In this document: positions 14,461-27,529 of the stretch, one piece after another | Layout: each line of letters starts with the position of its first letter | How positions within the stretch are numbered: position 1 is the stretch's first letter | Assembly: GCA_964016885.1 (NCBI GenBank) | Contig: OZ024742.1 | Location: 346,518,001-346,582,000 of the forward strand | DNA length: 64,000 bases | DNA from: Eledone cirrhosa | Lineage: Eukaryota | Reading direction: 5' to 3' | Program-made: the position numbers and the translations under genes | The notes under the pieces: generated by a model | Told to the model about the DNA's origin: nothing | Database searches by the model: none | Seen by the model: only the letters and a program-made list of their open reading frames with translations

Positions 14461-15138
14461 GTCTGATAAAATGTACCAGTAATTTAAAAGGTCTGACCTT
14501 ATCATACACTATGTTGCCCTAAATATCTCTGAATTATGTTAAGGGCACGCATATCTAAGGAATGTTCAGCCACTTGCACGTCAATTTCATAAGTAGGCTC
14601 TTCCGCTGATTGAACACTAGAACACATCTCGTCGAAAACGACGGAAGTCCATTCTTTCCTTGTATACAAATCTCAAACTAATAAAATCTATACAACTAGT
14701 CGCAGCTTATTGTGGCTTGATTGGCCTTCAGTATATTTAGGAATTATTGTTATAATCTATAGAAGTTTCATCACAAGCTAGAAAAATGTAGACATTACTA
14801 AGGAAATATTTATCTATAGAAGGTATTTTTCTGTAGGTTATTACGTCTCTTTCGTTAACACAATAACATATCTACACTTCTTTCGGCTTTCACTATAGAA
14901 ATAGTTGGTATCTTTCATGAAGGTTTTATTGCTATGAAGAATACATAACATCCATCAAAGAGTGTGTGAGTTCTAACAAATCTATTTTGACTCAATAACG
15001 ATTTTTTTGCAAACAGAAAATAGGAAATAATATAATCGTATTGTTATTTTTATTGTTATTATTATAATTAGCCCTGGTGGCCAGTAAAGAAATTACCATC
15101 ACCATCATCATCATCATCACCATCGTTGTCATCATCAT

Positions 15139-15180
<42 letters not shown>

Positions 15181-15189
15181 GTGGAACCA

Positions 15190-16182
15190 GTAGAACGTCG
15201 GACAAAATACTTTGCAGTATTTAGTTACCACTTTCTACATTCAGAATTCAAATCCCGCCAAGGTCAACTTTGCCTTTCATCCTTCCGAGGGCGATAAAAT
15301 AAATACCAGTCACGTACTGGGGTCGCTGTAATCGACTTTCCCTTTCTCCACATTGTTGGCCTTGTGTCTAAATTAGAAACCATTGAGGTCAGGGGTTGAC
15401 AGAATCGTTAGAGTGTCAAATACATTGCAGTATTTCGTTACACCCTTCTATATTCTGGTTTCAAGTACCCACCAGGTCATCCTCCCAGGGTTGATAAAAT
15501 AAAATACCACTCAAGTATTGCGGTCATTTTAACGGACTTCTCCACCCAAAACATGTCTGACCTTGTGCCATAATTAGAAATCATTATTAGAGCAATTTAT
15601 TGGCAGAGTTGGTAGAGCCTTGGACAAATGCTTAGCAGCATTTGTTCTGGTTCATTACGTTCTGAGTTCAAGCCGTGGTTAACTTCACCTTTTATTTTTC
15701 CGGGTTCGATAAAATAAAGTACAAGTATTAGAGTCGATATATTCGACTTCCCCATCATGATCACCACTAACGGCTGGTCTTGGGGCTAAATTAGAAACCA
15801 TGGCAATATCGGTAGAAGGTCGGACGCCATGCGTTGCAGCAAAGAGTTACGGCCCTTTATGGTCTGAGTTCAAATCCCGCCGAGGTTAACTTTGCCTTTC
15901 ATCCTTACGGGGTCGATGAAATAAAGTACCAGTAATACACTGGGATAATTGCTGGCCTTGTGCCAAAAGTAGAAACCATTATTATTATACTGAGGGCGGT
16001 GGGTTGGCAGGATCGGTAGAGCGTTAGACTTTCTGAGTTCTGAGTTCAAATCCTGCCGAGGTTATCTTTGCCTTTCATCCTTACTGGAACGATAAAATAA
16101 AGAACCAGTAATGCACTGGGGTCGATTTAATCGCCTTTCCCCTTCAAAGTGCTGGCTTTGTGCCAAATGTAGAAACAATTAT
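15190..16182 (+). mobile_element. Cluster of about 5 head-to-tail tRNA-derived SINEs
   Basis: Repeated A-box-like TGGCAGNATCGG, B-box GTTCAAATCC, GATAAAATAAAGTACCAG and 3' CTGGCCTTGTGCC...AGAAAC modules at about 190-200 bp spacing. Confidence 0.8.
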
Positions 16183-16659
16183 TAAACCGAGAAATAACAG
16201 ATTCTTCATTCCAGTCCCGAGCTCAAAATGAGGAACATTAAAGAGAAGAGACAGAAAAAGTGACCATGTTACATCAAGTGATAGTATACCTATGGTTGTG
16301 TGGCTAGGATGTTGGACTTACAATCATAGGGTTGTGTGTTTGATCCCTTGATCGGGTGGTATGTTCTTCAGAAAAATACTTTAACGTCGTTTCTTCCCCT
16401 TCCAAAAGTTGCAACCTCGGTATATAGTATAAACGAAAGAAACCACTTATAACATTATTTCATAGTGGAAAGTTTCTTATAAATTTACTAAGAATATATG
16501 TCAAAGTTCATACTAAGTAAAATTAATTTGTTTGAGGTGACTAATTAAATACAGAACTTAATCAGTCTGGTGATATAAGGTGGTGTTTGTAACTCCATAA
16601 AACCAGCATGAGAGACAACTTTAAGCTGACTCTTTTTCTTTATTCAGTACTTATATAAA

Positions 16660-16822
16660 AACAGGCGGCAAATTGTCAGAGTTGTTAGAAGGTCGGTTAG
16701 AATGTTTTGTGGTGTTCATTTCTGATCTCTGCTCTCTAAGTTCAAATCCCGCTGAGGTCAACTTTGCTTTTCATCCATTTGAGGTTGATAAAAAGTACCA
16801 GTCTAGTACTGGGGTCGATTCT
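16660..16822 (+). mobile_element. tRNA-derived SINE
   Basis: AAGTTCAAATCCCGCTGAGGTCAACTTTGCTTTTCATCC...AGTACTGGGGTCGA. Confidence 0.75.
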
Positions 16823-17466
16823 TCCTCTATATCTGTTTCTCACTTCCTTTCTTTCACTCTCTATTCTTCTCTGGAAGAAATCTGCTGTATTCAGACCTGG
16901 GTATGGGCTCTGCCAGGTTTTAAAATGCCCTCGAAACGCCGTATGTCAATATGACATCCCAACGACTTCCCCGGGAGTTATGGCACCACGCATGTAGATA
17001 TAAGCTACCAACATACGATTTATTAGGAACTAACAAACACTGCCATTGTAAGTATGTATTTACTTGTGTTTTGTAAGGTGGTTATAAATTTCGACATGCA
17101 AATGATGCAAACTCGCGTATGCGTATATTGGCTTCCGTTTTAACTTAATATAATAGTGTTTTTTCTCAACAAAATGTTTACCGCCCCAACTTTATTAAAC
17201 AGATGATATATGAACCAATAATAAGAGAAATCGTGTCTGAAACAGTCAGAGTACAGCCTTTTCAAATAAAACAAAATGTCTTATTCATTTATCTTGATGT
17301 TAAGCATGTACAGAGTTCAATTCTCTGTAGCCGCCACTGGTCACTTTTTCCATCTATACAGGTATTTTAACCGATTTTCTAAAGTTGTTGTGTATAGCAA
17401 TCGACAGTTCACAGATAACTGTGAAGCGTTCGAAATTTTCTACATTTTCTAAGAATATATATATAT

Positions 17467-17503
<37 letters not shown>

Positions 17504-17883
17504 AATATATATATTAGTTTTGCGAGGTTATTTAAACACTATACACACACGCAAACGCATGCGCAGAGAAGACAAAAATAAATAAATAAATAAATAAATA
17601 AATAAACAGATTAAATAAAGATGGCGTAGGCATACAATACAACAGGAGGAAAGATAATAGCACCACTGACGATGCTGCAGATGTGCAACGAAAGAACTTT
17701 GTTAGACTATATATATGTGTTTGTGTCTATGTTATATCTGTATTTTTTTACCGTTGGTCAGTCGATGGTAACATTGAGGACCGAACAAATTAAATTAACT
17801 GATATAAAAGATGCAGAAGCGAAAACCAACCAAACAGTGCGTGTGTTCTGTTATTATTACAACAATATGACCCTCCCCAAGTA

Positions 17884-17941
<58 letters not shown>

Positions 17942-17944
<3 letters not shown>

Positions 17945-19390
17945 AAATGAAAATCCGAAGGCAAGGTAAAATTCCAATCATTTAATCACGACAGATGTTT
18001 CAATAAGAGATAGATCGATTGTGAAGTCATCATCGATTATCACTGATCACATCAGGTGAAAATGAATTGTCTTCAAATTCTTGATATAAGGGAGAAAAAA
18101 CGTGATCATCTAACCATAGAGGACTCACTGTTACGGATTGAACAATAATACTTACACACCATTAATGGGCCTACACACATCCTCTGGATTTTATTATCCT
18201 GTGTTTTTTTACTTCACCTTCTGTGTTGGATAACGCACCTCCACCACTTAAAAGCTCATTGGCCCATATGACGGGAAATCGCATTTACTGACGCATTTAC
18301 CCAATACCCAACTCTACACGGAGCCCCTTGCTGGCCTATATTGCGGTTGCTTGCACGCACGGATTTGGTGACTCGGATTCTCAAAGGGACATCGGTACAT
18401 ACTGAGTTTGATATGAGCTGATTGCTTGCTCTTCACATGGATGTGTATATACCCAGACATACCCTTTTTGGGACGATTCGGATGTATATATACCATAACA
18501 TACACTTGAAGATATTAATGTTACAATTCAATCTATACACGTATAGCAGAACACTGAACTGAACTTACTTGCTTGTGTGTGTGCGGTGGGGGGGGGGGCG
18601 TTGGTTAACCCAATATTTCCAATTTACATCGTCAAATTGAGATTTGACCAATGTACCATCTGTTGTTTTGTGAACTAACTTTCGGTGAATGCTGAGTTGG
18701 TACATTCTTATATTTGTTTTCTTATATTTGTTTTTTTCTCTGACATCGCTTCGGTGTGTGTGTGAGTGTGTGTGTACCCACCCACACTAACTGTGACCTT
18801 CTATAATTCTACAGGTTTGATACTGTGTTGATGTGTGTATATATATGTGTATATATTTTTTTTCTTTGACCTCGAGCCGGTGTATGTGGGTGTGGAGTGT
18901 GTGTGTACCCACTCACATTAACTGTGACTGACTGTATCCCTACAGATTTGATTGATGTCCAGCGTCTTTTGCAGCAATAGAAATCTGAAAACTTTTATGA
19001 CCTCAACTGAAGTTAACAGCAGTCGCTTTGTCTCTGACTGCTGTGACTTCATATGAGGAATGAATTCTGTGAGAGAACATCGTTATTTTTTCTCCCTCAT
19101 ATCAAGAATTTGAAGACAATTCATTTTCACCTGATGAGATCAGTGATAATCGATCATGGCTTCACAATCGATCTATCTCTTATTGAAACATGTGTCGTGA
19201 TTAAATGATTGGAATATTACCTTGCCTTCGGATTTTCATTTTGATACTTATACTCCGTTTTACATCATCTAGCTGTTCCCTTGAATGGAATTGGAGATAT
19301 ACAAAAGCGTGGAGAACTTAATATTGCTAACATAAATTTATTGGACCATTTTACACAACCAATAATGCACCTTACTATATAACAACTATA
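17942..19390 (+). mobile_element. Truncated PLE pLTR with inverted 5' piece, same family as 28124-31785
   Basis: 17942-18101 is inverted at 19081-19245; 18102-19390 aligns to 30494-31785; flanked by (TA)n. Confidence 0.85.
19127..19200 (+). ncRNA. Type I hammerhead ribozyme (inverted copy 17986-18059)
   Basis: tcac-CTGATGA-long stem II-GAAACATGTGTC-gtga; self-complementary stem III ACAUGUGU, GUC site. Confidence 0.7.
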
Positions 19391-19400
19391 TATATATAAC

Positions 19401-19442
<42 letters not shown>

Positions 19443-19444
<2 letters not shown>

Positions 19445-20119
19445 AAGGCGGGTAAAATTCCCGAGATCCATGGACGAGTTCTCTCCAGCGGTCTCTGTCC
19501 CTCATTATCGCTGCCATATCCTGCATCTCCAACAGACCAGTGTCTGTCCTTAGGGCATCAACATATGTTAACCTTGATCTTCCTCTTCTAGTGTGTCCAT
19601 GTAGGGGCTCCCAAAGGAGCACTGAGTGCAATGTCAACTCTGGATGTCGGTGAGCATGTCCAGCCAACCTCAGTCTCCTCTGTGTCACTTTTGAGCTGAC
19701 TTTTGGGATGCTCCCATACAGCTCTGAGTTTTTCATCCTCAGTGTATACTGATTAATGTTCAGAGCCATCCTCAGCATTCTCGTGTAGCACCCATCCACC
19801 ATCTGAGTGAGTTTCTTGGTCAGTGTCCAAGTCTCAGACCCATACAGCAGCACAGACTCCACTACAGCAATGAAGAGGCGGATTTTCAGGTCTCTACGAA
19901 GGTCCGACTTCCACACCGATCTCAAGCTGTGGCACGCCGCCCAGGCCTTGCTCTTCCTCTCAACCACATCATCCTCCGTATTCCCAATCTTTGCTCCCAA
20001 ATACAGGGAGTCCTCAACCAATTCCAGCGGCTTCCCGCCTACATTAGTGATCCCCTCTGGCTTCTCAACATTCTCTACCAGATATTTTGTTTTAGTCTCA
20101 TTCATTCTCAGCCCCACAC
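19443..20119 (-). mobile_element. 5'-truncated RTE-clade LINE, RT C-terminal 224 aa still open
   Basis: GLRMNETKTKY, YLGAKI, KIRLFIAVVESVLLYGSETW, RRLRLAGH, RRGRSRLTY; the 3' end abuts (TA)n. Confidence 0.85.
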
Positions 20120-20697
20120 TAGGCTTTTATATTTATATGTGAGCTGATAGAGTACAGTCTAAGGATTTACAGAAACCCATGAAGCTAGATTTAACACCTG
20201 TCTAGTGGGTCCGGGTATGATTTTACATTCATTTATATTATTGACGTATTGTTTTATTGATATTTTTTATCTGTTTGTCCCGAATCTTCCTTTATCGATT
20301 TTAAATCGTATGGTTGATTGTAGACTTGTTCTATATGTGACGGTATTTTAACGATAGTTATAGCTCTGATTCATCTGAATTATTGAGCCCTCTGCCGCTC
20401 ATGTCGAATCTCGTTTATCGTGAACTCGTGCGCCGATTTTTCGATACTCGATCTTTCTAATATATTTAGCTCTGGACATAGCTATCCACCAGTTAATTTT
20501 ATTGCTCATTTTTTGTCGATTCTATTGAGTGATGAATAGCTTTTGTTTTATTTTAACATGTCTATTGAGCACTCTAATTCGATATGTGTATTTCCACATT
20601 CACTCGAATTGTTTTCGCGGATATAGGGGTTATCTCCCTTGTCTAATGCCATGTGCGTTTTTCACTGGTAGTTGGCTCCTCTACCGCCAGGAAAAAA

Positions 20698-20833
20698 ACT
20701 CGTTGAGAAAGTAAAACTCCGTTCCGCTTGCTCTAGTAGGCTTTTATATTTATATGTGAGCTGATAGAGTACAGTCTAAGGATTTACAGAAACCCATGAA
20801 GCTAGATTTAACACCTGTCTAGTGGGTCCGGGT
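20698..20833 (+). ncRNA. Type I hammerhead ribozyme, U3-A8 variant, extended stems II and III
   Basis: actcg/cgggt stem I, TTGAGAA (20703), gtaaa/tttac stem II, GAAA (20789), ACCCA..CTAGA/TCTAG-TGGGT stem III, GTC at 20826-20828. Confidence 0.75.
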
Positions 20834-21313
20834 ATGATTTTACATTCTTTTAATTATTGACGTATTGTTTTATTGATATTTTTTATCTGTTTGTCCCGAA
20901 TCTTCCTTTATCGATTTTAAATCGTATGGTTGATTGTAGACTTGTTCTATATGTGACGGTATTTTAACGATAGTTATAGCTCTGATTCATCTGAATTATT
21001 GAGCCCTCTGCCGCTCATGTCGAATCTCGTTTATCGTGAACTCGTACGCCGATTTTTCGATACTCGATCTTTCTAATATATTTAGCTCTGGGCATAGCTA
21101 TCCACCAGTTAATTTTATTGCTCATTTTTTGTCGATTCTATTGAGTGATGAATAGCTTTTGTTTTATTTTAACATGTCTATTGAGCACTCTAATTCGATA
21201 TGTGTATTTCCACATTCACTCGAATTGTTTTCGCGGATATAGGGGTTATCTCCCTTGTCTAATGCCATGTGCGTTTTTCACTGGTAGTTGGCTCCTCTAC
21301 CGCCAGGAAAAAA

Positions 21314-21449
21314 ACTCGTTGAGAAAGTAAAACTCCGTTCCGCTTGCTCTAGTAGGCTTTTATATTTATATGTGAGCTGATAGAGTACAGTCTAAGGATT
21401 TACAGAAACCCATGAAGCTAGATTTAACACCTGTCTAGTGGGTCCGGGT
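21314..21449 (+). ncRNA. Second copy of the U3-A8 hammerhead
   Basis: Same motif as 20698-20833 shifted by 616; GTC at 21442-21444. Confidence 0.75.
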
Positions 21450-21686
21450 ATGATTTTACATTCATTTATATTATTGACGTATTGTTTTATTGATATTTTT
21501 TATCTGTTTGTCCCGAATCTTCCTTTATCGATTTTAAATCGTATGGTTGGTTGTAGACTTGTTCTATATGTGACGGTATTTTAACGATAGTTATAGCTCT
21601 GATTCATCTGAATTATTGAGCCCTCTGCCGCTCATGTCGAATCTCGTTTATCGTGAACTCGTGCGCCGATTTTTCGATACTCGATC

Positions 21687-21758
<72 letters not shown>

Positions 21759-22282
21759 ATCACAGGTCCATCAATATTTTTTATTTTCCTTAAGATCTTT
21801 TGAAAATTCTTCCTAAAAGATTTTTCAAATATTTTTTTACTTTCCTCAAGAGCTTTTGGAAAAATTTCTTCCAAATTTTTTCAAAATTTTTTTTTCTTTT
21901 TACCAAAATTTTCAACATTATTTCAATATTTTTTCAAAATTTTTTCTCAAAATGGCTTTTAAAGTATTCCCTAAGAGGTTTTGAAAAGTTATGTCAACAT
22001 TTTTTCAAAGTTTTCCATGAATGGATACAGAGGTGGTATATAGAGAGGGTTCCATAGGACGAAGGCAGAAAAACGATGAAAAATAAGGAAAAGAAAGAGA
22101 CCAGAGAGAAAGAGGCGGGGAGAGAAAGGGAAAGATTTTAAGATTCTGGGTTCCTTGAATGTAATTCAGCGGAGAGGAAATGAAACGAAAGAGAAAAAAA
22201 AAGAAAGAAAAAAGAAAAGAAAAGGAGGTATAAAGGCAAGAGGGAATTACAGAATAGTGTCGGGATACTTATAGTAATTTTA

Positions 22283-22320
<38 letters not shown>

Positions 22321-22449
22321 ATGTTAGGTAATTCCGAAGGAAAAGCATAGGAAAAAGAGTGCTCTATGTATAGAACAGAGCTATTTAATTAGAAATTGAA
22401 CAACACAAAATATAACTACTCCATTACCAAAGGTTTCTGGATAACATCT

Positions 22450-22513
22450 CTATCTGACGACCGATCCAGACGTATATTATTATCGTCTGTGATCCAGAAA
22501 CCTTTGGTAATGG
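22450..22513 (+). ncRNA. Hammerhead ribozyme in a small fold-back (about 22385-22548)
   Basis: ctat-CTGACGA-ccgatccagacg...cgtctgtgatcca-GAAACCTTTGGTA-atgg. Confidence 0.55.
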
Positions 22514-22546
22514 GGTAGTTATATTTTGTGTTGTTCAATTTCTAAT

Positions 22547-22584
<38 letters not shown>

Positions 22585-22667
22585 AGTTTATCCCGGGTTC
22601 AATCGGGGGTAACCACAGTAAGTAACGTACTCAGTACATAGCAGAGTATAAATATTTAATATAGAAA

Positions 22668-22718
22668 GGCTTCTACAGGGCTAGAACTGTTTCATTCGGG
22701 AGAAATCATCAGGAAGCC
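22668..22718 (-). ncRNA. Type I hammerhead ribozyme
   Basis: Reverse complement: ggcttc-CTGATGA-tttctcccgaat-GAAACAG...CTGTA-gaagcc, with a 6-bp stem I; homologue at 41583. Confidence 0.7.
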
Positions 22719-22830
22719 AACTGATCAAGTAATATGATGGTATTTATATATGATGCGTATATATATATATATATATATATATGGAATATAAAACGAAAAA
22801 TCACTGATGCATCTGGACTCAGTTTATTGT

Positions 22831-22918
22831 GTGTTACAATTGTTTCGCCGGCAGATAGCTCGAGACACGATCATTGTATGGATCTGTCTGATTCTAGGTC
22901 TGCAGGTTCGTCGGACAC
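22831..22918 (-). ncRNA. Hammerhead-like motif with CCGACGA core (U4C)
   Basis: Reverse complement: gtgt-CCGACGA-acctgcaga...tctgccggc-GAAACAATTGTA-acac; stems covary with 11022-11110. Confidence 0.5.
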
Positions 22919-23540
22919 AGGCAATACTTTCGGAACAAATTTTCTCACTGGGGTGTTAGCTTCAAAAAACATCTTCCTCGCTTGTCTTGCTATTGGCTGT
23001 TGTTTTTCTACGTCATCATAAATTCTGGTCAATATTTGCTGCTATACTGTCCATCAGCTACTCTCCGTCCGACACACTTCAATGAACTCATGCTGGGTTT
23101 GGTATTTCACAAGTCCGCTCATACACACATATATACCCACACATACCAACACACATATATACATACACATACACACATACATATATACGCATACACATAT
23201 GTGCACACACATATGTACATATACACACCCATATACATATACACACACACTCTCTCACACACACCCACACACGCCCACGACCATATAACTACCAACATAC
23301 GCGTCCACAGGCGCCTGCCTATATGCCCTCGTACATCCACTCTCACACACACGCACACGCGCACACACACACACGTACACGCATACAAGGACACACACAT
23401 GCGTACGCGTACATTTGCTCATATACACAAACATGTACAGATATATACATAGACACGCACACGCACATACACACGCCTGTCCTTATAGAGAGGCACAAAG
23501 ACAGACACGCTCCCAAACACACATACACATATACACACAT

Positions 23541-23611
<71 letters not shown>

Positions 23612-24497
23612 CATCCGTGTACATATACATATATGTATATGTACACGCACATAAACTTACTCACAAACAATCCCTACCCTATGTAGGTGCACGTACACAC
23701 ACACACACACACACTGACTCATATACATTCAAACAAATACGCGCCCAATTACCTCCGTGCCCAGGTACATCCACAAAGATAGATACACGCACACATGTAT
23801 ATATCTCTGTCCGTACTCCCAATGTGATATACTCACACTCATATAAATCTGCACAAAAGGTCATACATGGTCATCCATGAAAAGATGCATCATGTTATAC
23901 ATGCACAAATATAAACCATGTAACCATATATATACATACATACACATACATACACACATATAAATATATAAGTAAATAGACAAATAAATAAATGTATATA
24001 TATATATATATATACATATATATAAGTATGTACACGTACATACATATATGTATACAGACGTACAGTAGTATGTATATATATATACATACATGTACATATA
24101 TATATATGTACGTATGGATTCACCGAACATTTATTATAATGCTCGGTGTGTTTGTAAACAAACATCCTGTATTAAGCCGTAGTGTCTAGCAACCATCGTT
24201 GCTCGTTTGTTCAACACTGACAAAGGAATGCTGTACGCTGTACTACTAGTACAGCGTTCCTTTGTCAGTTTATTATTATTCGTATAAATATGCAATTTAA
24301 CTGTAATTTAAACCTCCGTCGTTGAAAAAGCATATAAAGCTGAAACCGTTACACGATTAAATGCGGATATCCCTACTTTATAAATAAATGTTTTGATATT
24401 ATACTGAAAAAATACCTCCAGCATTTTCTACTGTATTTTTTTCTTTTTTACTATTGGTTTATAAATATCAACTCGTGTGTCAATAATTTTCTACATT

Positions 24498-24549
<52 letters not shown>

Positions 24550-25639
24550 ATAAAAATAAATTTATAACTAAAATGCGATTCTTTGCTTAAACTTTAATCT
24601 GTTATTTTAATATATATATATATATATATATATAATCAATGTTTAGCAAATAAGAAAAAGTTTCAAAATAAATTTTAAAAAATTAACTGTACTCACTATG
24701 GTTACCTTTACCGAATCGGTTTGGAGTCTCAAAAATAAATGGACAGTGCTTGCGGCCATCCATTGCAAAGATAAACTCTCGTAGAAGGATCTTTTCACTC
24801 GGAGAATATAAAATTCCCGAGTTCAAATTACGAACTGGCGCTATTCAAAATTGTTCCCGAGATGAGAATAAATGATGTGGAATCAATTCCGTCCAGTGCC
24901 GTGTGTAAAGATAGAAGCAAAGGCAGGGAGGTCAGTCTACTACCACTATAACTAGCAGCAGTCAGAACGACCAAATTTTTTTCTCGACCAAGAGGAGAAT
25001 AATAATAAAGTATATATCCCTACACGCAAAAAGCGTCTAGGGACACATGTATTGTCCAACCATATGCCAATGTGGTTCAATGGCATATATATATATATAT
25101 GAAAAAAGGAAAATAATTACTCCTCTTGTAGCTTTAAACAAATTGATTTAATTTTATATTGTAATATTATGAGTTGGTAGATCTAGTAAGTTCTTTGTTA
25201 ACTTCGGTGGGAAGATTTTTAAAGATTTCTGGTTAACTTTCCTGGAGAACTTTCTCGCATTCGTCGGTGGCGATTGTCAAACTGAGATCAGGTTGTGTTG
25301 TGATGTAAGACTCTATATATAAGAGAGGTGGTGGTGGTGGTGGTGGTGGGTTAATGAGGTGTAAGATACATGTCTTTTGATAATAATGGGATGACAGCAA
25401 AGAGAAGAATAAGGATAGTTTGGGAATATTTGTCAGAAATGTATGTTGTTGATATTGGTTTGGGAGGAGAAGTGTGTATGTGTGTGTTGGGGGAGGGGGC
25501 ATGCTAGCTCACATATTCACTTCCCTATATGTAAATATACTTACAGCCCATATATATTACATACATACACACACACACACGCGTACACACGCACACACAT
25601 ATACACACATCACATATACACACATATATATGCACACAT

Positions 25640-25678
<39 letters not shown>

Positions 25679-26139
25679 CATATGCATACATATATATATA
25701 TACACCTACATATATACACACACATACACACACCTACACATATATGTACATACATACATACACATACATATAAACACATACATATATATATATATACACA
25801 TACACATACATTCATATATACACACACATATGCACACATACATACATGTATACACATACCTGTATACCTACAGACATACATACAAACACATCTACACACA
25901 CATACATGTATACACATCTACTCAAGTATTTAAGTTCACATATAAATTAGGGTGGGGAAGGGAGAATTAATGAAATGTTAGTGTACCTCTGAGGGATTTT
26001 CTTCCCTTCAACGATCGAATGTTTGAACTTCTGGCGTCATCAACTTCTATTTGGATATTTTTCTTTTTTCAATATGAGATGTTTTAAAGAAAATAGAGAG
26101 GGGGAGAATCCCGTTATTTGAAGATGGAATATCATTTTT

Positions 26140-26333
26140 TTGTGTTCAGTAGTGGCTTGTACTTTCTAATAAAGAATTCTTCTTTATATTTTCGAAAATA
26201 TTTGTTGTCCGACCGTATCTTAAAGAAAGGAAATGTTGTGAATTTTCCCTTTCCGCGTGTTGCGAAGTGTTCACTGCATGTGGGGTTTCTGACAGAGGGG
26301 TCTCCAATTTGTTGTTTATGTACTCCAACTCTG

Positions 26334-26337
<4 letters not shown>
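26140..26337 (-). pseudogene. PLE GIY-YIG C-terminal fragment of a different PLE group
   Basis: My translation: DRVGVHKQQIGDPSVRNPTCSEHF...FTTFPFFKI...RKYKEEFFIRKYKPLLN, carrying the R..H, S.H and E..FI....P.LN motifs. Confidence 0.65.
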
Positions 26338-26413
<76 letters not shown>

Positions 26414-26534
26414 ATGTGTGTGTGTGTGTGTGTAAATGAAGTTAGTCCGTCGGAAAGGTCCAGGAAAAAAGAGTGCTCTATGTAGGTTACAGAGCTTATT
26501 AGTTATGTAATAAACAACATAAGAAAATTATTTA

Positions 26535-26587
26535 ATTTACCAGTGGTTTCTTGAAAGCAAACAAAATTTGCTTTCAGTCATCAGAAT
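26535..26587 (-). ncRNA. Type I hammerhead ribozyme
   Basis: Reverse complement: att-CTGATGA-ctgaaagcaaa...tttgctttcaa-GAAACCACTGGTA-aat; a decayed homologue (CTAATGA) lies at about 5330-5385. Confidence 0.6.
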
Positions 26588-27019
26588 GAAAAAATCGTGG
26601 ATTGAGACATAATATATTTTTAATATATTTTAAATATATCATCTTTCTTTCTTTTTTCTCCTCTACACTGGACGTGATTTATGTGTCGGCTAGTTTAACT
26701 GTATCCCTTCCCTCCTTAACCTCTCACATATACGATGATCATCTGTCCAAAAGCTGCCTACTATATTTTTTCACTTCCTCAATGTATTTCTCTCTCCCAT
26801 ATCTCCTTCTCTCTCTATCTCGCTCTGTTGTTTTTCTTTACATACATCTCTTCATCTTCTTCTTTTTTTATTTACATATATCTCTTCATCTTCTTCTTTT
26901 CATCTTCGTTTTTCTTTCTATATAACTGTCATAACAGTTTCACTACCAAATCAACTTTTTAAATGGAAGTTGCATTATTAAGGTATGTCAAAATCATTTA
27001 TAAAACAGCTTATGTATTG

Positions 27020-27085
27020 TATTTTGTCTGAGGAAGGCATACCATATTTTTAATATGATATCCCAGAAATATATATAACGAAATA
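27020..27085 (+). ncRNA. Minimal hammerhead ribozyme, same family as 5087-5147
   Basis: tattttgt-CTGAGGA-aggcatacc...tatccca-GAAATATATATA-acgaaata; stem I covaries (G-C here versus A-U at 5.1 kb). Confidence 0.6.
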
Positions 27086-27215
27086 AATATGGTTTTATAA
27101 ATATAGTTTCCATTTGTTTAATATCGTAAACCTACTCCAGAAACTGTTGAGTGCTTTTATATCAGTTATAAAATATTTACTCGTTGTAACCCAACAATTT
27201 TAAATATAACTTTTG

Positions 27216-27240
<25 letters not shown>

Positions 27241-27246
<6 letters not shown>

Positions 27247-27528
27247 AAAGTATGTGTTCCTACATGTAAGTAATACACAGAGGGATACGACCGTATGCCA
27301 GTGTGGTTCAATGGTAAGTTAATAAATTTACAAGCCAGAACATATAAAATCAGTGAATATTTTGAAATTTATTTTAAAATGTTTTCTTTATTTGCTTTCC
27401 CTTGATTTTATATGTTCTGGCTTGTTAATTTAGTAACTTACCATTGAACCGCACTTTCATACGATCGGACTATACTTGTATGCCTATGTGTATTATTTAC
27501 ATGTAGGAACATATACTTTTATTATTAT
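27241..27528. repeat. Diverged fold-back repeat
   Basis: 27241-27351 is inverted at about 27402-27528; the spacer is shared with 28030-28090. Confidence 0.7.
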
Positions 27529-27529
27529 T

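Larger units (their letters stand above)
20120..21693 (+). mobile_element. Tandem array of 616/617-bp non-coding HHR-bearing units (2.5 copies), retrozyme-like
   Basis: Units start at 20120, 20737 and 21353 and are nearly identical; there is one HHR per unit; the array ends in (TA)n. Confidence 0.85.

Noticed and set aside
15850-16180. tRNA genes at GTTCAAATCC motifs
   Set aside because: No cloverleaf; each continues into the shared SINE body.
20529-21330. Duplicated 61-aa ORF in the 616-bp unit
   Set aside because: Short, no recognisable motif, and the identity is explained by the repeat.
21760-22020. 80-85 aa ORFs in a TTTTCAAA-rich stretch
   Set aside because: Low-complexity degenerate repeat.
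25140-25330. Repeat shared with about 41830-42010 containing CCGACGA on the minus strand
   Set aside because: No GAAA or stem arrangement; an unclassified dispersed repeat, possibly a PLE 5' region.
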